A DNA stretch of 52,043 nt from Bifidobacterium breve (GTDB lineage Bacteria; Actinomycetota; Actinomycetes; S36-B12): contig CAMAVT010000002.1 of assembly GCA_945861775.1 (NCBI GenBank), positions 1 to 52,043 of the forward strand, read 5' to 3'. The notes beneath the pieces were generated by a model that saw only the letters and a list, made by a program, of their open reading frames with translations, had not been told where the DNA came from and did not search any database. The position numbers were made by a program, and so were the translations under genes. Below, piece after piece: positions 15,812-25,656 of this stretch (position 1 is its first letter; the number at the start of each line of letters is the position of its first letter).

Positions 15812-16585
15812 ATGCCCGTTATTAGTGTTGTGAGTCTTAAAGGTGGAGTCGGTAAAACATCGGTAACTTTGGGTCTGGCGGGGGCGGCAACGGCCCGCGG
15901 TCTGGCCTCACTCGTGATTGACCTTGACCCCCAAGGCAATGCAACCTCCATTTTGCGAGCACACCCATCCAAGACATCGGTGGCCAATGTCCTCGAGCAC
16001 CCCACGCGTGCTGAAATTGAGGCAGCGCTGACTCCCTGTGATTGGGAGATAGGTCCGGGTGAAGTTGACGTGTTGGCTTCTCACCCAAGTGTGATCCGAT
16101 TCGACTCATGGACGCAGCCGGGAGCAGTATTCAAACCAAAGTTGGCGAAAGCATTGCAGCAACTTGAAGGCTACGATCTTGTTTTGATTGATTGCCCACC
16201 ATCATTGGGTGCGCTTACCCGCGAGGCGTTGGCCGCTTCTGACTTTGCCCTCATCGTTACAACGCCTTCCTACTTTGCTACCAAGGGAGTCGAGAAGGCC
16301 GTTGCAGAGGTGGAAGAGATTCGCAAAAGTGTCAACCCGGGTCTGAAACTTGCTGGAATCGTGGTTAACCGAGTGCGCTCAGTTGCCGAGGAACACCAGT
16401 ACCGTGTGGACGAGTTGGGAACTATTTACGGAAAGGCTGCAATTCTCAAGCCCTTTATGCCCGAGCGCATTGCGGTCACTCAAGCTGAAGGATTTGGTAC
16501 ACCCGTTTACGGAGTGAAAACCCCCGGTGGACGCGAAGTTGCCGGAATCTTCGACCGGTACCTCTCGACCTTATTGCGCAAGTGA
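15812..16585 (+). CDS. ParA/Soj-family ATPase (orphan)
   Basis: Deviant Walker A SLKGGVGKTS, DLDPQGN, LIDCPPSLG. Confidence 0.85.
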   Translation: MPVISVVSLKGGVGKTSVTLGLAGAATARGLASLVIDLDPQGNATSILRAHPSKTSVANVLEHPTRAEIEAALTPCDWEIGPGEVDVLASHPSVIRFDSWTQPGAVFKPKLAKALQQLEGYDLVLIDCPPSLGALTREALAASDFALIVTTPSYFATKGVEKAVAEVEEIRKSVNPGLKLAGIVVNRVRSVAEEHQYRVDELGTIYGKAAILKPFMPERIAVTQAEGFGTPVYGVKTPGGREVAGIFDRYLSTLLRK

Positions 16586-17257
16586 TTTATTTTCGCCCAT
16601 TCGGCGCTCAACAAAGTAGGCGATAACTGCGGCTAGGACTCCGAGTCCCAAGACAAGTGCCCAGCCAACGACATCGCCGAGATCGGCACCCGGAGGCGGA
16701 TCATCGGGACACATCCCTAGTCCACATTGTGGAATGATCGAGATTCCAATAACGAGAAGATCAACCAATAGCCACATCAGTCCCCAGATAGTGATGAACA
16801 GGGTTAATGTTCGATGCCAATGGCGTGTGCCAAGTACGCCCGTGTCACCGAGGTCAAATGGTCGGTTCCACATCAACAGGACCGCGCAGCCGGCAACCGC
16901 GATGACGAAGGTGATGAAAGCCCACGTGTAGAGGTGCAAACCGAAGACTGCTGGACCGAATCCAGGATCACCCGGTGTTGCAATGTGTAACAGAATCTGT
17001 CGGGCGCTCCCTGCTCCACCGACAAGTGCGGCCAAAATACTCAAGGCGTAATGGCGGGCCCTCATGCCCCAGAGCAGATTCATCGCGGGACCTACGGCCA
17101 GGCCGATCATGGCCGAACGTTGAACAAGACACAGTGGGCAGGGCAGCTCGCCCGCACCGAACTGAAGGTGCAGTGAACCTGCTAGCACACCGAGTAGTGC
17201 GAAAAGGGCCGCAATGTTGATCAGTCTGGCGATAGTAAGTGTTTGCTTATCTGACAT
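16571..17257 (-). CDS. DsbB-family disulfide bond formation protein
   Basis: Membrane protein with LPCPLCLVQR in the first loop and a second Cys pair, CGLGMC, near the C-terminus. Confidence 0.7.
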   Translation of the reverse strand: MSDKQTLTIARLINIAALFALLGVLAGSLHLQFGAGELPCPLCLVQRSAMIGLAVGPAMNLLWGMRARHYALSILAALVGGAGSARQILLHIATPGDPGFGPAVFGLHLYTWAFITFVIAVAGCAVLLMWNRPFDLGDTGVLGTRHWHRTLTLFITIWGLMWLLVDLLVIGISIIPQCGLGMCPDDPPPGADLGDVVGWALVLGLGVLAAVIAYFVERRMGENKSLAQ

Positions 17258-17281
17258 GACGGCTCCTCGTGAAAATCTTGG

Positions 17282-17431
17282 TTAAAAGTTCAGCGGGATC
17301 GGGTCGGTCATATGTAAGCGCAAAATGATGAGAGTCCAGACCAGGGTCAGCACAGCCAACCCGGGCGTCCACTTCCATTTACGAGCAATCCCCGTAAAGA
17401 CGATTAACCAGAGAACGAACATGGAGAGCAT
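17282..17431 (-). CDS. Possible 49-aa two-TM membrane peptide upstream of the DsbB-like gene
   Basis: MLSMFVLWLIVFTGIARKWKWTPGLAVLTLVWTLIILRLHMTDPIPLNF. It falls below the ORF-track length cutoff and has no clear Shine-Dalgarno. Confidence 0.3.
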   Translation of the reverse strand: MLSMFVLWLIVFTGIARKWKWTPGLAVLTLVWTLIILRLHMTDPIPLNF

Positions 17432-17494
17432 CACGGTTAAAGGTTAAAGGACGAGGGGAGAAATGAGAAACAGGACACGTAAAAAATGCAGGTA

Positions 17495-18133
17495 TTACAC
17501 GGTTCCGTAAAGACGGTCACCCGCGTCACCGAGCCCAGGAACGATGTAACCCTTTTCATTGAGTCGTTCATCGAGTCCTGCAATGACGAGGGTTACGTTT
17601 TCTGGCCTGTCTCCATAAGCCTGCTCAAGTCGCGCCAAGCCTTCAGGTGCAGCGAGCAGACAAATTGCAGTGACATCTTTGGCGCCGCGCTCCAACAGGA
17701 TGTCAATTGCGGCAATGAGGGTTCCGCCGGTGGCTAGCATCGGGTCAAGGACGAAGACCTGGCGGTTGTGAATGTCGGCGGGCAGTCGATCCGCGTAGAT
17801 TGATGCGGTTAAGGACTCCTCATCGCGGACGAGTCCAAGGAACCCAACTTCAGCTGTTGGCATGAGGCGCATCATGCCATTTAGCATGCCCAGCCCGGCC
17901 CGCAAAATGGGTACGACCAGCGGCAAGGGCTCAGACATTTCCCGGCCCGTTGTGGGGCTAACAGGCGTTGTGATTGCTACTTCACCCACCTCCAGTCCAC
18001 GCGTTGCTTCATAGGCCAGCAGGGTGACCAGTTCCTCGGTCAGGAGGCGAAATGTGGCCGATGAAGTCTGCTCACGGCGCAGTCTCGACATCTTGTGGGC
18101 AACGAGTGGATGGTCAATTACAAGAGTGTGCAT
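17495..18133 (-). CDS. upp: Uracil phosphoribosyltransferase
   Basis: [16 protein letters not shown]...[13 protein letters not shown]...[11 protein letters not shown]. The start is set at the conserved MHTLV. Confidence 0.9.
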   Translation of the reverse strand: MHTLVIDHPLVAHKMSRLRREQTSSATFRLLTEELVTLLAYEATRGLEVGEVAITTPVSPTTGREMSEPLPLVVPILRAGLGMLNGMMRLMPTAEVGFLGLVRDEESLTASIYADRLPADIHNRQVFVLDPMLATGGTLIAAIDILLERGAKDVTAICLLAAPEGLARLEQAYGDRPENVTLVIAGLDERLNEKGYIVPGLGDAGDRLYGTV

Positions 18134-18221
18134 GCGGGCAAGACTAGTGCAATGTCGGCACCCACCCATGAATAATGGATAGAGGTCGCGTTCTCCGTGG
18201 GCCTCATGTCACTATTAAGAC

Positions 18222-18710
18222 ATGGCAACAGAACAGGTACGTATCGAAGACCTTGATTACAGTGCCATTTTGTGGCGGGAAGAGGGGATATGGAATGCGA
18301 TTAAGGTCCCCGCCCGTCAAGCAATCGTGCTTGATGACCTGCTAGATCTATGCAGGCAATACCCGGGTGAAGGCGGCGTATACGCGGTAATTGGAGTGTC
18401 GGGTGAGTTCTTTATTTTGTTGCGGAGTGATCCTCGAAAGACGGAAGCATTCATCAGTGACGGCATTGCATTGCTTGACTGGGATATTGCTGAAGACGCG
18501 GCCGACCTAATCGATTTGCAGTGGCAGGAAGAGGACCTCGAAGAGTATGAAGCTGTGGGCGATCTCAGTATTTTGGCTAACTTTGGTTTGAAAGCAGAAG
18601 ATTTATCGATGATCTGCGAAAACCCTGATCTTGAACCAGATCAACAAATCTCGGAAATCTTCAAGCGCATTGGCGCCGAACTTGCATGGAAGAAGATCAT
18701 TAACAAGTGA
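18222..18710 (+). CDS. tRNA adenosine deaminase-associated protein
   Basis: Acidic protein immediately upstream of tadA and overlapping it, which is the usual actinobacterial arrangement. Confidence 0.7.
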   Translation: MATEQVRIEDLDYSAILWREEGIWNAIKVPARQAIVLDDLLDLCRQYPGEGGVYAVIGVSGEFFILLRSDPRKTEAFISDGIALLDWDIAEDAADLIDLQWQEEDLEEYEAVGDLSILANFGLKAEDLSMICENPDLEPDQQISEIFKRIGAELAWKKIINK

Positions 18711-19153
18711 ACGAAGTGTTTATGCGTGAAGCGTTGGAGCAAGCAAAGCTTGCAGGTGCGAGAGGGGATATCCCTATCGGCGCAGTGATTGTTACCGACC
18801 AGGGTGAAGTGATTGCCCGCGCAGGGAATTCCCGCGAGCAACTCAAGGATCCGACCGCGCACGCGGAGATTCTTGCGCTGCGTGAAGCGGGAATGAAATT
18901 GAATGACTGGCGAATTCTCAATTCGACAATGTATGTGACCCTGGAACCGTGTCCGATGTGTGCTGGGGCGATCACCATGTCGCGAATACCGCGGCTGGTG
19001 ATTGGCGCTTGGAATGAAGAATACGGAGCTGTCGGATCACGGTGGGACCTAGTTCGCGACCCACGGATGAATCACCAGGTCGAAGTAATTCCCGGCGTCC
19101 TGGTGAGTGAATCGTCTCAATTACTAAAAGAATTTTTGCGCGAGAAACGGTAA
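18707..19153 (+). CDS. tadA: tRNA-specific adenosine deaminase
   Basis: HAEILALREAG ... TLEPCPMCAGAI zinc motifs. ATG 18722 is an alternative start. Confidence 0.9.
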   Translation: MNEVFMREALEQAKLAGARGDIPIGAVIVTDQGEVIARAGNSREQLKDPTAHAEILALREAGMKLNDWRILNSTMYVTLEPCPMCAGAITMSRIPRLVIGAWNEEYGAVGSRWDLVRDPRMNHQVEVIPGVLVSESSQLLKEFLREKR

Positions 19154-19163
19154 AGTTAACGCG

Positions 19164-19823
19164 ATGTCAACCCGTGGAATAAACCGACCCAAGACCCGGC
19201 CCGCCCAGCGGCCGCTCTGGCTAACCGTCCTGCTCATTCTGGTCGCGATGCTGGTTCTTTTTGGTATTGGATTTGGGATTGCCACGCTACTTAAGGGCTC
19301 CGGTGGAACTGATAGCGCTGATGCGAGCGCGTCTCCCAGTAGTCCGACATCCATTCCCGGCTGCACCACCATCATGGTTACTCCGGCTGAAGTGTTACCG
19401 CTGGCCTCCCGAGTAAACGTCAATGTCTATAACTCAACCAAGCGGGTTGGTCTTGCGGGAGATTTATCCAAGATACTTAGTGTTCGTGGTTTCCCGATAG
19501 CTAAGGTTGAGAACGATCCACTCGGTGTAGTGATTGAAGGCCAAGGAGAGATTCGTTACGGACCCAAAGGTGAAGCAAGTGCCGAACTCATGTCGTATCA
19601 CTTCCCTGGCGCAACCCTGGTAAATGATGGTCGCGCCGGAAAACGAATTGACGTTGTCCTCGGCACCCAATTTGTCGACCTGGCCAATGACGCCGAAGTA
19701 GTTGCTCAACTTGCGCAACCATCACCGAGTGCTTCGCCTGCAGGCTGCCCAATTCCCGATGTCCTCCCGAGTGAGTCAGCAAGTGAATCTGCTGCTGCTT
19801 CAGAGTCACCGAGTCAGGGTTAG
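19164..19823 (+). CDS. LytR C-terminal domain-containing membrane-anchored protein
   Basis: N-terminal TM segment, then VNVYNSTKRVGLAGDLSKILSVRGF, which is LytR_C-like. Confidence 0.7.
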   Translation: MSTRGINRPKTRPAQRPLWLTVLLILVAMLVLFGIGFGIATLLKGSGGTDSADASASPSSPTSIPGCTTIMVTPAEVLPLASRVNVNVYNSTKRVGLAGDLSKILSVRGFPIAKVENDPLGVVIEGQGEIRYGPKGEASAELMSYHFPGATLVNDGRAGKRIDVVLGTQFVDLANDAEVVAQLAQPSPSASPAGCPIPDVLPSESASESAAASESPSQG

Positions 19824-19910
19824 TCCACACTCCAAGAGTGTGAATGTAAATGTGGCGGTGGGAACCGTCAGCAACTTGCGTTGCTTCCTCCCAAATCCCT
19901 CGAAAAATAA

Positions 19911-20000
19911 TGGCGGTGGCGGTGGGATTTGAACCCACGGTGAGGTTGCCCCCACACGCGCTTTCGAGGCGCGCTCCTTTGGCCGCTCGGACACGCCACC
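19911..20000 (-). tRNA. tRNA-Ser (anticodon CGA), CCA encoded
   Basis: Reverse complement GGTGGCGTGTCCGAGCGGCCAAAGGAGCGCGCCTCGAAAGCGCG...GTGGGTTCAAATCCCACCGCCACCGCCA. Long variable arm; acceptor GGTGGCG/CGCCACC. Confidence 0.9.
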
Positions 20001-20081
20001 GCGGAGAACTGTACAAATGCCGGGCTCGGAGGATTCTTTCGCCCTTCGTCTGACCTTCGGGCTGAAGGCAGACCCGGTCTG

Positions 20082-20627
20082 CTAGTTCGGAGTTGTGCTG
20101 AGCGAATCAAATGCGGCGGGATCTTCAGGTCTGAGCCTAATCAACCAGGAGCCATAAGGATCCCCGTTGATTCTCTCTTCGTTTCCGATCAATCCTGTAT
20201 TTGTTTCCATGACGGTGCCCTTAAATGGTAAGAAAATGTCAGTCATAGTTTTCGTTGACTCAATGAGGCCACAGGGTTTATCAGGTGTGCAGGGGGAACC
20301 AAGTTGTGGAAAATTCAAATAGACAATGTCACCCAGTGCTGATTGAGCGAAGTTGGTTAGCCCAAATTCCACTATCCCGTCAGATAACTTCTTTGCCCAC
20401 ACGTGTTCGGCGGTGTATCGGTAATCAATCCCTGCTGGTGCGCCGGACTCCATGAGGCTCTCCAATGGAGTGGAGACGCCCTTGACAGCGCTTCCCTTTA
20501 ACCGTGTTGAGGTGGAGGCATCCGATGCATCTGAAGCTTCGGGCGTATCTGAATCGCATGCTGCAAGACTGCTGGCGATTACCGCTGCTGACACAATTGC
20601 GGTCATTCGACGAGATGATGGTTTCAC
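20082..20627 (-). CDS. Lipoprotein with a glycine-cleavage H-protein (lipoyl carrier) domain and a Tat-like signal
   Basis: GTG start. Signal MKPSSRRMTAIVSAAVIASSLAAC|DSD has an SRR twin-arginine and a lipobox. The GcvH core is YTAEHVWAK...GLTNFAQSALGDIVYL...IESTKTMTDI, where the Lys corresponds to the lipoyl-lysine position. Confidence 0.7.
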   Translation of the reverse strand: MKPSSRRMTAIVSAAVIASSLAACDSDTPEASDASDASTSTRLKGSAVKGVSTPLESLMESGAPAGIDYRYTAEHVWAKKLSDGIVEFGLTNFAQSALGDIVYLNFPQLGSPCTPDKPCGLIESTKTMTDIFLPFKGTVMETNTGLIGNEERINGDPYGSWLIRLRPEDPAAFDSLSTTPN

Positions 20628-20790
20628 AACTTGTCCCCCTGTTCTCCCGTGGAGTAATCAGCAGCGTAACCCACGGGCACGCCATCGCCAAGAACGGTAC
20701 AAATTCAGGGCTTGATGGCTGCGCTATAGGGCTACACTCACAACCTGAGTGGCAGATTACGTTCGCTGCATTCCTACGAAGGAGGAACAC

Positions 20791-21105
20791 ATGTTCGTCA
20801 TTTCTGTCCTGTATCCGTTAACCCCGGGTACGACATTTAATCTGGACTACTACGTGAATTCGCATGTCCCACTTGTCAAGCGGCTGTTCGAGCCGATGGG
20901 CCAACGCGAAGCGCGCGTATTCAAAGGTGTCTCCGATGGCGGCGCAGGCACACCCACATTCGGAGTCATCGCGGAACTCTTTTTCGACGACATGGAAAGC
21001 TTGATGGCTGCGCTGTCCGCTCATGGAGCAGAGACACAAGCCGATATCCCAAACTTCACGGATTCAATCCCGGTGATTCAGATTAGCGAAATGCTCGACC
21101 TCTGA
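20791..21105 (+). CDS. EthD-family protein
   Basis: MFVISVLYP....FNLDYYVNSHVPLV matches the EthD domain. GAAGGAGG Shine-Dalgarno lies upstream of ATG 20791. Confidence 0.75.
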   Translation: MFVISVLYPLTPGTTFNLDYYVNSHVPLVKRLFEPMGQREARVFKGVSDGGAGTPTFGVIAELFFDDMESLMAALSAHGAETQADIPNFTDSIPVIQISEMLDL

Positions 21106-21256
21106 ACTAACACAATAAAAATTGGCAAGTGAAAACTGGGGTGTTGAGAACGACTCGGTCTGTTCATGAAGATTTAAGTCTTCTTGGGGCTTTTAAAATT
21201 CTAAAATTTACCCGCCGCATATTGGATGAGGACTTCCAATCCGAAAGGAACACCAT

Positions 21257-22879
21257 ATGCGCATCTCGAAACCAGTCATAGCTGGTCTTGTTGGCATCAC
21301 CGCAATAACGCTGGCCATCCCGGCGAGCGCCGAATCAACGATTATCTACATGGAGCCGGTAGCTGCCGGAGTAAGCCTTAAGGCCCTAGCTACTTCAGGA
21401 GATAACTTTGGTGGGGTCATCTGGCCCGGCACGCCTGATGGCATGGGCGCACTCAAGGACAAAAACGGTAACTTGACCATCTTCACCGGGCATGAGTTTT
21501 CCGCCACCAACGCCGTGGCTTCCAAACTCTCACATGCTAATGGCGCAGCCTCGGCGTCAACCATTTACGCATTGAACTACGATATTAAAAATGGCGCGAT
21601 AACTGCTGCTCGAAATGTCTTGAACTCAGTTAGCTGGTACAACTACGCAACCGGCGAGTACAGCACATCAACGCCGACGGCTCCTGCTGGCGCTGCGGCC
21701 AAGGATGAATATGGCACCGCCAATCACACCAAAGCGTTAAACCGATTCTGCTCAGCGAACATGATGCAGCCAGGTGAGCTGGCCTATCGGACGACCGACA
21801 AGGATGGCAAAGTCACCACCTATGGCTACACCGGTCCGGCGTTCTTCACCGGTGAAGAGGGCAGCGATGAATCGCGGGCCTTCGCAATGGACAACTCGGG
21901 CAATCTTGTCCAACTGCCTCGCCTTGGGCTTGCTGCCTGGGAGAACCTAATCGTCGCGCCCAATAGCGGCATGTCAACGGTGGTAATGGCGAACGAAGAT
22001 GGTTCGGCAACTGACAGCCAACTGTGGATGTACACGGGTACCAAAACAACCGAAGGGCACTGGACAGATAAAGCCGGATTAAACAACGGTTCGCTCTACG
22101 TAATGTCGGTTGACGGTATCGCCAATGACAACGTATTCCGCAACTCGGTGGGCAAGGGTGTCGCGGTTAACGTGAATTTCAAACCAATTGACTACACGTT
22201 AAATGGCAAGGCGCAAAATGCTGCAGCTAAGGCAGCCGGAACAGTCATGGCACGCGTCGAAGATGGATCATTTGACCCGAACCGTCCAAATGACTACTAC
22301 TTCGTCACCACTGAGTCGAATAAGGATCCGAAGGCGACCGCGCCGAACCCCGCTACCCCCACGGTAAGCCGTGACGGTGGAGCGCTGTGGCGTCTTCGTT
22401 ACAACGATGTGAAGACACCGCTTGCGGGAGCAACCCTCACCATGCTCCTTGACGGAAGCGAGGCTCCCTACATGAGCAAGCCAGACAATATGACGGTTGA
22501 TGCCACCGGAAATATCCTTATCCAGGAAGATCCAGGCGGCAACGACCAAGTTGCCCGGGTATTTGCCTACCGCATTTCCGATGGCAAGGTTGCCACGGTA
22601 GCCAAGTTCGTCGATAAGTACTTCAAGGTGGGCGGTACGAACTTCATCACCAGAGATGAAGAGTCAAGCGGCATTCTTGATGCTACTGAAATGCTGAAGA
22701 CGAGCCCAACGGACAAGTCAAGTTACTACCTGCTTGACGCACAGGTGCACGCATCTCCCGTGGCTTCGCGGCCAGATCTTGCGGGCAATGCGGCTGCTCT
22801 AGCGTTACTCGGAGATGTGGTCGAAGGTGGTCAACTACTGCTGATGACCATTAGCGACTGGGCTGCGGTCTATAGCTAG
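21257..22879 (+). CDS. Secreted PhoX-like / DUF839 family protein (putative phosphatase)
   Basis: Signal peptide, then PDGMGA...NRFCSAN...FTGEEG...LPRLG...WEN...EDG..DP...PDNMTVD..GN..IQED, the pattern of the PhoX/DUF839 beta-propeller family. Confidence 0.65.
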   Translation: MRISKPVIAGLVGITAITLAIPASAESTIIYMEPVAAGVSLKALATSGDNFGGVIWPGTPDGMGALKDKNGNLTIFTGHEFSATNAVASKLSHANGAASASTIYALNYDIKNGAITAARNVLNSVSWYNYATGEYSTSTPTAPAGAAAKDEYGTANHTKALNRFCSANMMQPGELAYRTTDKDGKVTTYGYTGPAFFTGEEGSDESRAFAMDNSGNLVQLPRLGLAAWENLIVAPNSGMSTVVMANEDGSATDSQLWMYTGTKTTEGHWTDKAGLNNGSLYVMSVDGIANDNVFRNSVGKGVAVNVNFKPIDYTLNGKAQNAAAKAAGTVMARVEDGSFDPNRPNDYYFVTTESNKDPKATAPNPATPTVSRDGGALWRLRYNDVKTPLAGATLTMLLDGSEAPYMSKPDNMTVDATGNILIQEDPGGNDQVARVFAYRISDGKVATVAKFVDKYFKVGGTNFITRDEESSGILDATEMLKTSPTDKSSYYLLDAQVHASPVASRPDLAGNAAALALLGDVVEGGQLLLMTISDWAAVYS

Positions 22880-22891
22880 GAAATAGTGTGT

Positions 22892-22933
22892 TAATGCGGG
22901 TGCAGGCCAATGGCCTGCACCCGCATTACTTTT
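22892..22933 (+). terminator. Rho-independent terminator
   Basis: Perfect 17-bp stem TAATGCGGGTGCAGGCC-AAT-GGCCTGCACCCGCATTA followed by CTTTT. Confidence 0.85.
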
Positions 22934-23040
22934 CCTCAGGGTGAAGCCTCTCTCCACTAAACGCGGCTTGGGTTAGACCGCCACGGTGAATTCGCGGTCA
23001 GGTCATCAGGACTTCGTTCACAGCGCAGTAGGTTGAGACT

Positions 23041-24516
23041 GTGAGCCGCCGACTGTTGACTTTGACGTGGGTATGGCTTCCTATTTCATTCTTTTTATTA
23101 GGCTGCGCGTGGGCAGTAACCTCTCCGGTGGGAGCTGCTCCTGACGATGATTACCACTTAGCTTCTATTTGGTGCGCCCAAGGCGACCGGGATCAGGTAT
23201 GCCAGGACACGGGCCTGGTACCGCAAAAATTTATTGTCGCCGCGGGCGCCGTGAATTCCGCATTTTGTTTTGCGACAAAACCTGATGTGACCGGTGACTG
23301 CACAGCGAGTGAATTGAATTCCACGGAAATGATCTTGACCGATCGAGTGAACAACATTGCCCAGTTGTACCCGGGTGGTTACTACCGCGTCATGTCTGTA
23401 TTTACGGGAAGTGACGTAGAGAAATCTGTCTATCTCATGCGGTTGTTTAGCGTGTTCGTGGTGTCGGCACTCATGACTGCGTTGATTCGATTTGTTCCCA
23501 ACGGAATCCGCCAAGCAACATTGGTTGCAATCGCTGTGACGTTTATTCCGCTCGGGATGTTCTTGGTGGCATCCACTAATCCCAGTGGCTGGGCGATCGC
23601 AGGGACTCTCTACTTCTTTGCGTTTGGATTGGCGTTGCTTTATCGAAGTTCATGGCGAACCCCGGGTACATGGGTGATCGCGGTGGCCATGTGCATAAGC
23701 GCGATCATGGCAATGTCTTCACGTGTTGATTCCGCTGCATTTCTTAGTGTGGTCACCATTGCGGTATTTGCCCTGGCTGGGAGGCGCAGGATCATCAGTC
23801 ACGCTCCGGCTTCACTGCTGCTGCTGGTGTTAGCAGTTGCTGGAGTGGTGACGTATTTCATGGTGACTCCGATCGAAGCCTCCGGTGAACTCGGTACATC
23901 CGAACAGAGCTCGAACTTGTTGTGGTCCAATCTCGTGGAGTTCCCAAATCTGGTGCAGGGGATAGTGGGCGGTTGGCCACTGGGGTGGAATGACACTGCG
24001 CTCCCTGCATTCGTTTCAGTTATTGGTCTTCTTGTCATCGGAGCTATCGCCTATGTAGGACTTTCGCACGTGTGGGCGAAGAAAGCGGTTGCACTGACCG
24101 TCACCTTCATTGCCTTTATTGGTTTTCCATTGGTTTTTATGCAAACCCAGGGAATTGCAGTTGGCGAGGTAGTGCAATCCCGTTACCTCTTACCGCTCTT
24201 CGCAGTGCTGATTGCCACGGTGATGATTCCTGAGCGAGTCAAGAAACCTATTCGGATTCAGCGAGTTCCCGTGACCCTGATCGCTTGTGGACTTTGGATC
24301 TCCAGCAGTTTGGCTATTTGGGTCAACGCACACCGCTATTCATCTGTTGCAGTGGATGGATCACGTGGTGTCAGTAGCCTGTTCTCAGCAGACATCGTCT
24401 GGTCCTATGGCCCCCCATTAGTTGTCACAATCACCGTTGCAGTTTTGGCCGGCGCGGTATTCATTGCGGGGATATTCATCGGGAGTTCGGAGAAGCACGA
24501 AAAAGCCCTCGCCTGA
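23041..24516 (+). CDS. Large polytopic membrane protein, possibly a glycosyltransferase-C-like (DUF2142-type) enzyme
   Basis: 491 aa with 12 or more hydrophobic segments. The N-terminal loop SPVGAAPDDDYHLASIW resembles the PD(E/D)..H motif of that family. Confidence 0.45.
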   Translation: MSRRLLTLTWVWLPISFFLLGCAWAVTSPVGAAPDDDYHLASIWCAQGDRDQVCQDTGLVPQKFIVAAGAVNSAFCFATKPDVTGDCTASELNSTEMILTDRVNNIAQLYPGGYYRVMSVFTGSDVEKSVYLMRLFSVFVVSALMTALIRFVPNGIRQATLVAIAVTFIPLGMFLVASTNPSGWAIAGTLYFFAFGLALLYRSSWRTPGTWVIAVAMCISAIMAMSSRVDSAAFLSVVTIAVFALAGRRRIISHAPASLLLLVLAVAGVVTYFMVTPIEASGELGTSEQSSNLLWSNLVEFPNLVQGIVGGWPLGWNDTALPAFVSVIGLLVIGAIAYVGLSHVWAKKAVALTVTFIAFIGFPLVFMQTQGIAVGEVVQSRYLLPLFAVLIATVMIPERVKKPIRIQRVPVTLIACGLWISSSLAIWVNAHRYSSVAVDGSRGVSSLFSADIVWSYGPPLVVTITVAVLAGAVFIAGIFIGSSEKHEKALA

Positions 24517-24532
24517 GGAGGCGAGGGCTTGC
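24505..24532 (+). terminator. Hairpin spanning the stop codon of the membrane protein gene
   Basis: GCCCTCGCC-TGAGGA-GGCGAGGGC followed by TTGC. Confidence 0.5.
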
Positions 24533-24533
24533 T

Positions 24534-24618
24534 CTGGCGAAGGATAGGGGATTTGTCCTCTTCAGCCTGGGTAATTCCCCGTTTTCTAGGTAAACGGGTC
24601 ATAAATGCAACCTAGCAC
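24534..24618. repeat. Repeat U, copy 1: tRNA-Ser(GGA) 3'-end-like segment plus hairpin
   Basis: CTGGCGAAGGATAGGGGATTTGTCCTCTTCAGCCTGGGTAATTCCCCGTTTTCTAGGTAAACGGGTCATAAATGCAACCTAGCAC. About 85% identical to 25665-25750. Confidence 0.75.
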
Positions 24619-24673
24619 GCATTATCGATTGCGACTGCTTGACTTTTTCAAGATAAAGATGCAAGGTCGTGGG

Positions 24674-25597
24674 ATGAAGCGAGCCCATTTTGTTTCTATC
24701 GTTCTCGCTTCTTTGGTGCTTTCTCTCTTATGGCCTAGCGCAATCGCAGCTGTCAAAGCAGGAGGGGAATGCAAGAAACTAGGTAACACAGTTGTTGACT
24801 CAGGGTTCAAATATAAGTGTGTTAAATCTGGAAACAAATTAACTTGGAGCAAGGGCGTGCGGATTACAAAGCCAGCCCCTGCCTCTACTTCCAATAAAAC
24901 TCCAGTTGTTTGGCGCTTTGATGGTAAAGAGTGGATCTCTCAAGGAAGTGTTCCTCAATGTCCATCCCCATTGATTCCAACCGGGGAGCTATTAGATTTT
25001 TCAAAAGTTCTTTCGATTGTTCAACCTGGTCAAATCCGAGGTGGAAGTTACAAACCACATGGCGGTCTTCGCTGGTCTGAATTTGGAGGCGTTGTAAAGG
25101 GGATCTCCATTAAAGCACCTTTTGATGGTGAGATTGTTGCTGCTGCCCAGTATATTTCTGAAGGTAATTATCAATTTACAATCAATATTATTCACCCGTG
25201 CGGGATTCTGCTTCGACTTGGTCATCTATTAGAGCCATCAGATTCAATTATGAAGATTTTAAATACAATCCCACCTGCAATTGAAAATGACTCGCGTGAA
25301 AGCTTTTTATCGGGCATCTTTATCAAGAAAGACCAATTAATTGCATCTGAAGTCGGCATGGTGCCACCGGCGTCCCCTGATTCCCTTGGCACTTTCATGG
25401 ATTTAGGAATAGTGGATTTGCGTAAAAAGAATCCGGCTCTTGATTCAAGCTTTAAGTCAAATGCAGATGTTAAATACGCTCTTTACTCTGTTTGCTGGTA
25501 TGAGGGAAACTACTTTTCTGATTCAGATCGTGCAAGAGTATTAAATCTGCCATTTTCTAATGGGGATGCAAACAGTGACTACTGTAAACGTCGTTGA
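24674..25597 (+). CDS. Secreted protein with an N-terminal Cys-Lys-rich module and a degenerate LytM/M23-like domain
   Basis: Signal peptide MKRAHFVSIVLASLVLSLLWPSAIA. Module GECKKLGNTVVDSGFKYKCVKSGNKLTWSKGV. M23-like HGGLRW...APFDGEIVAA...INIIHPCGILLRLGHL. AT-rich gene. Confidence 0.55.
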   Translation: MKRAHFVSIVLASLVLSLLWPSAIAAVKAGGECKKLGNTVVDSGFKYKCVKSGNKLTWSKGVRITKPAPASTSNKTPVVWRFDGKEWISQGSVPQCPSPLIPTGELLDFSKVLSIVQPGQIRGGSYKPHGGLRWSEFGGVVKGISIKAPFDGEIVAAAQYISEGNYQFTINIIHPCGILLRLGHLLEPSDSIMKILNTIPPAIENDSRESFLSGIFIKKDQLIASEVGMVPPASPDSLGTFMDLGIVDLRKKNPALDSSFKSNADVKYALYSVCWYEGNYFSDSDRARVLNLPFSNGDANSDYCKRR

Positions 25598-25656
25598 AAG
25601 ACCTACTGCTTCATACTTCGCCAAGTCAGAGACCTTAGTGAAGAATTTATTCAGAG

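Noticed and set aside
19848-19868. GTGGCGGTGGGAACCGTC, about 45 nt downstream of tRNA-Ser(CGA), resembles the tRNA 3' end (GGCGGTGGGATTTGAACC), which could mark an att scar.
   Set aside because: The match is only about 12 nt and encloses no gene content. It is indistinguishable from chance.
20628-20790. Possible glycine riboswitch upstream of the GcvH-like gene (a GGGAGAAC...GGGGGA stretch).
   Set aside because: Only a short resemblance to the GGAGAG core is present. The second conserved segment (ACCGAAGGGGCAA-like) and the paired aptamer architecture are absent. The GGGGGA is better explained as the Shine-Dalgarno.
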